This document shows, piece by piece, positions 53,829 to 64,000 of a stretch of DNA of 64,000 nucleotides. The DNA lies in assembly GCA_951406725.2 (NCBI GenBank), contig OX597816.1:96596001-96660000 (forward strand), written 5' to 3'. The position numbers and the translations under genes are program-made. Numbering within the stretch: position 1 is the first letter of the stretch; each line of letters begins with the position of its first letter. Below the pieces are notes generated by a model. The model saw nothing but the letters and a program-made list of their open reading frames with translations, did no database searches and was not told the DNA's origin. This stretch comes from Octopus vulgaris. Lineage: Eukaryota.

Positions 53829-54559
53829 CACACACACACACATATATATCGATATAGATTTAATATATGCCGATTTAATATATACTGTCGACATATATTG
53901 TGTAAAATATTATTGTCTCCCGGTATTGGTACCGATACTGTTACAGCACTTTATATGAACGTCTCTTGATATCAATATTTACACATTTAGAAAGGCGGAG
54001 GTACGGCAGATCAGTTAAAGCACCGGAGAATGCTTTCTAGTATTTCTTGTGGTTCTTTATGATCCTCTTTTCGAGATCGATAAAATATAGTACTAGCTAA
54101 CTATTAGAGTTGATGTTATCCACTGGTGCCCTCTTTCAAATTGCTGACCTTGTGCTCAGCAATTTGATTTTCAAAGGCAGGCAGAATCGTGACAGCGTCG
54201 AAAAATTGCTTTCGAGAATTTCATTCGGTTCTTTGCTATATGGATTCAACTCTCACCGAAGTCAACTTTGCTTTTCACTCTTCTTTCGGGGATCGATAGC
54301 AAAAATAAAGTTCTAGTCAACTATTGGAAGTCGATGTTACCGATTTGTCTTCTCTTAAAACTTGCGGGTCTTGTGTCTCAATCAGAAACCAATATATACA
54401 TATTACTACATACTGTCTGTATATATTCAGCTTTATATATATAAACATATATATTATCCACATATTCCGTGTGAAATATAATTAGCACTCGATACTGTTA
54501 CCGGAATTGGTACAGCATTACATGATCTGATATCAATATATACGAATTTAAACGTGAAA

Positions 54560-54990
54560 AGGATGGTAATGTGCCATTTTCCGTGCTATTTGAATGTTTT
54601 GAGATAGGATTTTCAAACGAGAAATGTTAATGATCTGTTTAAATCTCAGCAGCTCTTGCCCAATTTTCATGATCCAGACTCGTTTCAGGGGCACGACACA
54701 ATTGCATGACATGTTTATTCGCATACCATGAAGCCTGTCAAAGAAAGATGCTTTTGAAAGATGACGCAAACTAGAACCACAACAGGTACTAGTATATTCT
54801 GCGTCTTTGGTCAACCCTACTATGTGGGTCTCCCGCTCCAAGTCCTGCAATGTATCCCTTCTCTTAGCCATGCAATTTGCGCTCCTTACAATGTGAGTCC
54901 TCTTTTCCTAGCTCAATATGGTGCACCCTCTTTAAAAACTTTTTTCTGCAAATTCTTCCAGTCACCACCTTCTTAATACAAACAGTTGAA
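54560..54990 (-). mobile_element. L2/CR1-group LINE C-terminal relic
   Basis: KRTHI..., SSLRHLSKASFF..., KRVW...LLRFK resembles a LINE ORF2 end; very degenerate. Confidence 0.4.
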
Positions 54991-55529
54991 AAACTATAAT
55001 TACATTGCGCCTAAGAAATCTTTAGTATTATCATTATGCACATCACCAAGTATATCTGTAACGCGGAAAAAAATTGAAATGTTTCATGCTGAATTATGTG
55101 ACAGAACAAAGTACCACCTAATCATCTCGTTTTCCCCACTCCCATCAGCTCTGTCATAATAACTAGGACAACATTATATTGTATCAAGCAAGAATCAAAA
55201 TCCCACACCTAGAGTTAACTTCTGCCACGTAGGAAAAACCAAGCGCTGATCTTCATTGAAAACATGCTATACTTCATGACTGGTAAATATCGTATATGTG
55301 AGTGCATGTGCGTATATATACGTATGTATGTATATTCTTCCATCAGTTTCAGTTGTTGGACTGTGGCCATGCTTGGGCACCACTTTTAAGATTTTTTGTG
55401 GTATGTCTTTTTCACTTTTGTCGAATTTTTATATCAGCAAGTTGATCAACAATTAAGTTAGCAGCAGCTGATCTTTTCTGAATGTAACCTTATGTAGTTG
55501 GCTTCTGGTATTTTAGTTCGGAGTTTGTC

Positions 55530-56690
55530 CAACTTTTCTTTCATTGCTATTGTAGACAGCCTTTTTATATTTCTGATTTCTTTAAGTAGGCTGTTGAACT
55601 CTTCAGGGCCTCTGTATATGAAACTGTTTCATTAAAGTGTTCTTGTACTCAACTGGAAACGTGATAAAAATGGAAGCCGACAGCATCTGCCAGTTTGCTG
55701 GCATTAAACTTTTCACATATGTCTAAATCGAGGACATGGCTCTCCAAAATTTTCCATATATAAATAACAATGGATCTTTCTGTGTAGTCGAAGAGAAAAG
55801 AGATGTAGAGCTTTTAGACTTTTGTACAGTAATTAAGGCCTTTCACGAAAGATATTTTATAAGTGGACGTTCTCTGTAATCCCAGAATTTCTTGTATAGT
55901 ACCGGGTGTATTAAGGAACCAAAACTATGAACATTAACCTATTTCTTTAGTACCCACAAGGGGCTAAACACAGAGAGGACAAACAAGGACAGACAAACGG
56001 ATTTAGTCGATTATATCGACCCCAGTACATAACTGGTACTTATTTAATCAACCCCGAAAGTATGAAAGGCAAAGTCGACCTCGGCGACTAACGTTTCTGC
56101 CAGCTCGCCGCCTTTTAACTATGAACATTAACCTAATCTACTAAACAGTTTCCATAATGTCGACATAATCATAAGTTCTCTTGTGACGAAGGTAAGAAGG
56201 ATCCATTCATTAAGATGTCAGTATTCAGAGGTCAGTTCGGTAATGTGTCTAACAAAGATGCATCATTTGGCGTAATTATTCCTAAGATCTGTATTGGATC
56301 AGAACTTTGAATCGCTCTATTCTGTGGTGTCAAAAATTTTCTATTTTACCTATCATCTCTGAAATTTTGATGCAATAAATTTCAAATTATTTTCATTTGC
56401 CCATCAATAGATCTTGTGTAGTTCATTATGAAGTGTGTCGGCTTCCCCTGCAGTATTGATTCTCACTGATACTTTTGCGTCATCGGTATATCTCATTCGA
56501 CTGGATGAGAGTAGTGTGGTTTAATACCTGTCAGCGTGATAATGAATAACAGTGGCCTAAGACTATATACATGACTTACAAGAAAGTTGACCGCAAACAG
56601 TGACAAAGAAATTTCTATGCAATAAGTTAAAGAGTCATAAATCGAGTCTTCTAGTTGCACCAAGATTTCTAAATCAGATGATTTCATGAT
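55530..56690 (-). mobile_element. CR1-group LINE RT/3' relic, interrupted by a SINE
   Basis: LRPLLFII; RYTDDAKVS (YADD-like); WANENNLKF; LKALHLFSL; IYIWKILE; NSFIYRGPEEFNSL. Confidence 0.75.
55942..56116 (-). mobile_element. SINE (internally deleted) with perfect 19-bp TSD
   Basis: aactatgaacattaaccta at 55923-55941 and 56117-56135. Confidence 0.93.
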
Positions 56691-56863
56691 CGGTCTGGTC
56701 TTGTTGAATGTTTTAGCAAGTTCAAAGTGTGTGTGTATGTGCGTGAGTGAGTGTGTGTGTGCGCGCATGTATATGTATGTGTGTGTGTATATATACTTGG
56801 GTGTCTTCTACTTCACTCTCGGGATGAACGAATTTTTGGCGGAAACTATGCAGAAGCCCGTCA

Positions 56864-56897
<34 letters not shown>

Positions 56898-59064
56898 CGC
56901 ATACATAAGCACATATATGCATAAGCATATATGTTCATACATATGTACACATATACATATATATAAATATGTGTATGGAAATATATGTGTGTGTGAATAT
57001 GAATGCGCATATGTGTGTGTGGCTGTGCGTGTGCATATGTTTGTATGTGTATGTATATATATATATATATATATATACATATATGTATGTATGTATACAC
57101 ACACAGATACGTACATATAGAATATACATACACACTACCGTGCACGCATTCATGTATGTTTGTATGTATGTATGTATGTATGCATGTATGTATGTATGTA
57201 TGAGTGTCTGTTTCTACATATACAATCATAATTTACTCACATGTACATGAAACATACATACACCCGATACAAAAGGAAACATTGTCTGTTACTTTATTCG
57301 TTTGTAAATTACATCCTGGCTAATACAATTAATATAGTAAGTCGTGTTTGCCATTTCTTGAATGGTCTGTATGTACACAGATATGTATCCAACAGTTTTC
57401 TCCAACGTTTACATAGTAAATATACAATAACTCATAAATACTGGGACCTAGAGGATGCTGTTGTGGACGCAGGACACATACACCTGACACACACACACAC
57501 ACACACACACATACACACGTACAGAATACTAGACGACTAATCACCATACAGCCCCACCACAAAGTCTCACCCACACATCGCGTAACTTGTCACACACCAC
57601 AGGACACGAAACAAAAAAAAAGATTCTTCGATAAACATTCCACACATCACTAAATACAATTGCTTGCTGCTGCAACAACTAGTAGTGGTGGTGGTGGTAG
57701 TGGTGGTGGTGGTGGTAGTGGTGGTGGTGGTGGTGGTGGTAGTGGTGGTAGTGGTGTACTGTTGCTGGTGATGACGATGATGATGAAGACAACGACGACT
57801 GTGCTGTTATTGCTTTGAAAATGACGTTAATGTGTATTCAATAAAATGTTTTTTTCTTCTCTGATTTTTGATTTTCCGTTTCGCTTCACTAGAGTTAATT
57901 AATTGACCATTCAGTTGCAAAATAATCATTTGGAGACCCAGAAGACAGTGGAGGAGAGTTAGGTAGCGTTGAAAGATTAAGAGTTTGGAAGTATCGGGTG
58001 TAAAATGCAGATATTTATTAGCTGTGACAGTTCATATAAATGAGTGTGTGTATGTATTTATGTGTACATTATGTATAAATATATACATGTGTGTGTATGT
58101 ATTTATGTATTACACTATCTATCTACCTATATGTGTGTGTATGTGTGCGCGCGGGTATATTCGATAGATATTTAATAAGCTTCATTGCTCCACATGACTT
58201 AAAGTTTCGTAGGCGCTAAGACTCATCTATTTTATCAGATCATTCAGATGTGCTCACGAAACTTTAAGCAATGTCGAGTTGAGTCAACTGGGAATTCCAA
58301 CCACGTTTCGTGGTACGCTACCATAGCTCCTTTATAGGATCCAGTGGCTAAAGACATCATCAGGAGAAACCATGTCCGGTTTCGGCCCCTACTCCTCTAC
58401 CGTTTTTGACGTGGCGCCTTCCCCACTGTCGAAGGTGTCTTCAGCTCTCGTGTTGAGTGCGTTTTTTTCTTTCTCCTTTTTCTCTTGTTCTTTGGTTTCT
58501 TCGATGCACCGTCATCAATTGTCAGCGGACGAATGACCATCCTGTCAAATTTCCTTTCAAATACTCGCCGGTAGGTTCCAGCAGCCAGCACTAGCTATGT
58601 CACGTAACACCGTCTAAGCTTCAACTGACCAATGGAGGGGAAGAGCGCGTAGTTTTAGCCCGCGCCCTCTCTAAACCTGCCTTCCAACAGTGTCGTGTTA
58701 GTTTCAGTTCCAGCAGCCAGAGCCGACCAGACCAGCTGTTTGGTGGTACAAGCCTTCGGACCAGAAGGAGGGCGCGCTATGAACGAGATCGTTAAATAAA
58801 TGCATGTAATTCCAACCAAATGTCTTGAGTCTTACTTTCTTTCGTTTGTTAAACCATTCAGTTGAAATAATAATTTGGATGACCCAGAAAGACAGTGGAG
58901 GAGAGTTAGGTAAGCGTTGCAAAGATTAAGAGTTTGGCAATATCGGATATTTAAAATAAATGCACATACATTTTCTCCGGACACGAATTCGTATTTCCAA
59001 TAGGCCCGACATTTATAATGAATTCATTTATATATTCTTCCACTTCAGACATTTCACTCTGGCC

Positions 59065-59420
59065 ATGCTGGAGCGCCACCTTTAGTCGAACAAATCAACC
59101 CCAGAACTTATTCTTTGTAAGCCTAGTAGTTATTCTATCGGTCTCTTTTGCTGAACCGCAAGATTACGTGGACGTAAACACACCAACATCGGTTGTCAAG
59201 TGATGATGGGGGGGGGGCGGATAAACACAGACACACAACTACATATATATATATATACGATGGGCTTCTTTCAATTTCCGCCTACCACATCCACTCACAA
59301 AGCTTTGGTCTGTCCGAAGCTACAGAAGAAGACACTTGCCCAACGTGCCACGCTGTGGGCTGAACCCGGAACCATGTGGTTGGGAAGCAAGCTCCTTACC
59401 ACACAGCCACTCCTGCGCCT
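59065..59420 (-). mobile_element. tRNA-derived SINE (second family), near full length
   Basis: Reverse complement of ggcgcaggagtggctgtgtggtaaggagcttgcttcccaaccacatggttccgggttcagccc. Confidence 0.9.
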
Positions 59421-60032
59421 ATGTCATTATCGCTAACAGTATGATTAAACTTAAAACCTACTAGTACGATATGAAATTATAATAGATTCAATATATTACC
59501 ATTGTCATCAATTGTCAGCGGACAAAGAAATGTAACATCCTGTCAAATGTTTTCGCTGATGGTTTAGGTGATGACGCAGGAAGTATGAGATATCCTCTTC
59601 ACTTTGTCACTCTTGTCCCAGTAGCACATCTAGAAGAATGATATCGACAAGGTGAGAGTGCTCTTTTAGCTCCTGATTGGTGCTTTATCAATCGCCCACG
59701 TAAGGATGAAAAATGAAAATGAAAATGAAAATTGTCTTTGGTGAGATTTAAACTCATTGTACAGAGAGCTAGTACAAATATCACAACGTATACTATCCGA
59801 CGTTCTTATGAATCTTACGGATTGACTACCGTATATAATGTAAGAGTATATATCAAATAATACAAACGAAATTACTGCAAAGGATCACACACACACACAC
59901 AGCTGAGCAGCCCATTGTTGCTGGACAATTTTCATAATAGAATGATTTTATTTCAACTCATTTTTTTTCTATGTCTTCCCCCCGACCAATAGGCTCTTGA
60001 TCAGGACGGATTTCTGCATCATTTGAGGCAAT

Positions 60033-60280
60033 TTACATTGTTTCGATATACGAAGTTCTTTCTGTTTTACCATTTGATGCGTAGCTGTAAATGTTTTTGT
60101 TACTTCCTACTTTCGAACATCCAACGTAAAGCTGACCATGGGTGGACCAGAGCTCCACACAAGGTAACAGGCAATCAAAAATATTTACGCTTACGATTTG
60201 TCGATAGTCATGGCAAAACTAAGAGTCACTGGATATTGAAGTCGACAGAATTGAAATGAGACATTGTATCCTGAGTCCAT
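60033..60280 (-). mobile_element. Helitron Pif1-like helicase C-terminal relic
   Basis: FQFCRLQYPVTLSFAMTIDKS* and HGQLYVGCSKVGSNKNIYSYASNGKT match the FPVRLAFAMTINKSQGQ and HGQLYVACSRV motifs. Confidence 0.85.
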
Positions 60281-60479
60281 GTTACGGAGGCGCTTGTGCG
60301 CTTATCATCAGATTGATGCATCCTACGCGCGGGTGTCTCCTGAGACCGTGAACAGAGGCTCGTGTTTGCATATCATCAATTCTGTTGTATCTGTTCCAGT
60401 GTCTCCTGAGTCTGCTGCTGCTGATGATTTGTGAGTGTTTTCCGACTGTGCCGCTCTAATGAAATTCCTTGAACACATG

Positions 60480-60591
<112 letters not shown>

Positions 60592-60928
60592 CACACATAC
60601 AATCATATGCATACTCAACGTGAGGTATACATATACAGAAAAAGAGTGAGAAAGTATGGTAGAGAGGGGGAAGTTTACAATGAGAAAAGCGTAAGACAGA
60701 GAGAGACACGGATAGACAGATACAGAGAGGTACATAGACAGGCACGCTCGTCTCCTGTAGTTGACTAGCATTACATGTCGTATCGAAAGAGGGAGGGAGA
60801 GATGGGTAAGGGAGAGAAAGAGAGAAACAGAGAGATAGAGAGAGAGAGATCAGAATGCGTGAGAGAGATACATTTACAGAGAGAGAGAAAGTGAGCGAGA
60901 GTGTTGTGAATATAGAGAGATGGGGAAC

Positions 60929-61323
60929 GGCGGCGAGCTGGCAGAATCGTTAGCACGCCGGGCGAAATGCGTAGCCGTATTTCGTCTGCCGTTACGTACT
61001 GAGTTCAAATTCCACCGAGGTCGACTTTGCCTTTCATCCTTTCGAGGTCGATAAATTAAGTACCAGTTACGCACTGGGGTCGATATAATCGACTTAATCC
61101 GTGTGTCTGTCCTTGTTTGTCCCCTCTGTGTTTAGCCCCTTGTGGGTAGTAAAGAAATAGGTATTTCGTCTGCCGTTACGTTCTGAGTTCAAATTCCGCC
61201 GGGGTCGACTTTGCCTTTCATCCTTTAGGGGTCGATAAATTAAGTACCAGTTGCGTACTGGGGTTGATCTAATCGACTAGCTGCTTGCCCCAAAATTTCA
61301 GACCTTGTGCCTAGAGTAGAGAA
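60929..61323 (+). mobile_element. young dimeric SINE with ~21-bp TSD
   Basis: gaatatagagagatggggaac (60908-60928) and gaatatatagagatggggaac (61324-61344). Confidence 0.93.
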
Positions 61324-61914
61324 GAATATATAGAGATGGGGAACGCGTAAAAGACAGAGACAGACAGATAGACAGACTAAGAGATAGCGACGACTCACAG
61401 ACACACACACCTAGAAATGTACACACACTCAGATAATCGTGAGTTTAAAACGGAGGCTTCAAAAGACATTCAATTTTGAAAGTTGACTTATTTCTCGTCG
61501 CAAGTTATATTTTTTGATTACTAATAAGCAAGCTCTTTCTCCTTGGGATGCAGATTTCGAAAATCAAATCCGTTTTCTTTTTCTCTAGGACGCACCGCTC
61601 CGGAGCCTTTCGGTGATACATACATATGCATACACACATACGCCCTCATTTTATTGTAGATTACGTAGTGTGAAGACACCTAGCTTAGAGGTTAGGGTAT
61701 TCAATTTAAATCATAGCTTCATTAGTTCAATTCCTGGACCGGACTACGCCTTGTGTCATTGAGCAAGTCGCCTCATTTCACATTGTTTCAATTTACTAAG
61801 CTTAAAATGTGTAGCAGACAAGTGTTGGTGCCACCCTCCCTCCAGCTGCCGCACCCTGAATGTAGCGCTGGATCAAAGTTTGGAATGTACGAGAAGGTTT
61901 CTATGCATGCTCGT

Positions 61915-62440
61915 GACTATGCATGCAGAGCGACGAAACCGCTCTGCACGAACTCATTTGGTGTCTAGGCATTGCTGACCTGTGGGTTTTCGTCGCACAG
62001 CTACTGTCGCATGTGGGACGGATCCATCCGTCGGCCAAGTCCATAGTGAGGATTGCCTCACCGATTTCCTTAAATCGGGCAAGTAAGGTTGTTTTCTTTT
62101 TCCTGGTGGTGGTGGTAGCGAAAGAGATTGTCTGGTGAATAAGGCTGAAAGGCAATAAGTCACAGACCTTCCTCTCTGACAGAGCCCTCATCGATTTTTT
62201 CAAGTTTTACATGAAAAGGAAAGCGATGTTAGAGAAGGAGGTGCTGTCCTCAAGTGAATTTACTGAAGAGTAGGTGAAAGTTGCGAAAATGGCAAAAGTA
62301 CAGACCTATGAATCGGAGAACAGGAATTGGAGAGGGCACCTGCCTTGGTGTTCAGGGAGATCTTTGATTGTCGGGTTCCTCGATTATCCCTAGAGGTCCT
62401 TCTGCGTCAGGAAGACTACATCACTATCATCCTCCCCACT
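61915..62440 (+). mobile_element. Tx1/L1 LINE ORF2 C-terminal fragment, homologous to 23780-24190
   Basis: CMQSDETALHELIWCLGIADLWVFVAQLLSHVGRI..AKEIVW*IRLKG..FYMKRK. Confidence 0.85.
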
Positions 62441-62483
62441 TTTATTTTTATTTGTTTTTACAATTCTAAACAATATATGCTTC

Positions 62484-62536
<53 letters not shown>

Positions 62537-62594
62537 ATTCTTATTGCATACAATGCATACTTTCTATATATACAGACATATATTTATGTATGTG

Positions 62595-62651
<57 letters not shown>

Positions 62652-62653
<2 letters not shown>

Positions 62654-62876
62654 AGATGTACCTGCATAGCAAGTGATTTGATCTGAGATCGTGTGCTGAA
62701 ACGAAAACAATTGCAGCGTGGAAGGTGTTTGTAAGCCATTTAAGAAACACACAAAAGCCGTTCGATTCACTTCAACATTTAAGTTTAATTTGTCAAAATA
62801 TTTTCGTCGCTAAAATCCGCGACCTGTTCACTGACAAAAATCCGTGCTGCATCTGAGAAAGTAACAGTTAGTTCGT
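62652..62876 (-). mobile_element. short element between (TA)n tracts carrying a hammerhead (PLE terminal repeat-like)
   Basis: (TA)n on both sides and a hammerhead fold. Confidence 0.6.
62789..62838 (-). ncRNA. minimal type I hammerhead ribozyme, G3:C8 core variant
   Basis: Minus strand tttgtca-GTGAACA-g-gtcgc-ggatttta-gcgac-GAAA-atat-TT-tgacaaa: 7-bp stem I, 5-bp stem II, palindromic AATATT stem III. Confidence 0.68.
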
Positions 62877-62972
62877 TATATATATGTACGTATCTATGTG
62901 TGTGTGTATGTATGTATGCACGCATGTATGTATGCATGCATGTATGTATGTACGTACGTACGCCTGTGTGTA

Positions 62973-64000
62973 CGAGGGGCGTTCAATAAGTAATGCCCCT
63001 GACCCACTTCCCATAGCAGTAGAGCAACGAAACTTGGCACAGTTATTAGTCTTTTTCTACATAGGAACCACTCAGAGTTACGCATTTCTCCCATTGTTTG
63101 ATGCAGCTCTGGAGACCGTTTTTGTAGAAGACCCCAGCTTGGTCCTCCAACCTGAACGTGACTTCAGAAATCAAGGCTGCATCATCTGGGAAACGCTTTC
63201 CTTTCAAAAACAACTTCATGACTGGGAAGAGGGGAAAATCAGAGGGTGCAAGGTCAGGAAAGTAGGAGGATGGGGGATGAGTTCATAGCCATACGGCTGT
63301 GCTTCTGATCTGGCGACAAGCGAGTTGTGGACCGGAGCGTTGTCCTGCAGGAGGAGGATGCCTTTGCTGATCTTGCCCCGCCTCTTGATTTTGATAACTT
63401 CTCTTAATTTCCTCAAAAGTGAAGCATAATAGGCTCCTGTAATTGTGGTACCCTTTGCCAGGAAATCTGTCATCACTACTCCGTCCTGGTCCCAGAAGAC
63501 TGTGAGCATCACCTTGCCAGCGGAGGGCTGCACCCTTGCCTTCTTTGGAGGGTGAGTCACGGTGCTTCCACTGCATTGACTGGGCTTTGGTCTCTGGATC
63601 ATCGTGATGGACCCAGGTTTCATCCTGTGTAATCAGTCTTTTGAAAAATTTTGACTCATCTTCTTGGCACATCTCCAAATTCATCCTCGAGCACTCGACG
63701 CGTTCTTGCTTCTGGAAAGGCGTGAGCAACCTGGGAATCCATCTGGCAGACACCTTTTGCATATGCAAATGATCATGAATGATAGTTTCCACAGACCCGG
63801 TACTAATCTTGACCTCATGGGCTATTTGGCGAATAATTATGCGTCGATCTTCCAAAATAGCAGCCTCAACTTGACGGACAGATGCCTCATCAATGGCAGA
63901 AGCGGGGCGACCAGATCTGGGAGCTGTTTCCACAGAGTTCCGACCATGTTTGAATTCCTGATACCAGCGTTTTACAAGGTCATATGATGGGGCATCATCA
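62973..64000 (-). mobile_element. relatively young mariner (DD34D) element, running off the window end
   Basis: TA+cgaggggcgttcaataagtaatgccc TIR; transposase motifs. Confidence 0.95.
63046..64000 (-). pseudogene. mariner transposase with frameshifts
   Basis: RSGRP; KVSARWIPRLL; ITQDETW; SAGKVMLTVFWD; LLQDNAPVH; PDLAPSDF; QWEKCVTLSGSYVEKD*. Confidence 0.93.

Noticed and set aside
60264-60412. Regularly spaced short repeat as a CRISPR array
   Set aside because: Only ~2.2 units, the spacers resemble each other, the context is eukaryotic, and there are no cas genes.
61685-61697. Telomere-like TTAGAGGTTAGGG
   Set aside because: A single unit inside a SINE head.

Overview
AT-rich, microsatellite-dense eukaryotic intronic or intergenic DNA. 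The SINE families present suggest an Octopus (cephalopod) genome; this is inference. I found no convincing intact host protein-coding gene, rRNA, tRNA or CRISPR array, and most listed ORFs are microsatellite translations. The window is a mosaic of transposable element relics: Penelope-like elements flanked by (TA)n; RTE, CR1, L2, Tx1/L1, CRE and HERO-like non-LTR fragments; mariner/Tc1, hAT and Helitron pieces; and many tRNA-derived SINEs. The most notable observations are: (1) minimal hammerhead-ribozyme folds at (TA)n-associated element ends, with compensatory core variants U3:A8 and G3:C8; (2) a Tx1/L1 LINE 3' end that matches the tail of the dominant SINE; (3) SINE target-site duplications that overlap the SINE tail by microhomology; (4) a ~570-bp chimeric RTE/mariner foldback and a young ~170-bp hairpin; (5) several local templated duplications, one with a 14-bp TSD. 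All family calls come from by-eye translation and motif recognition, and boundaries are approximate.
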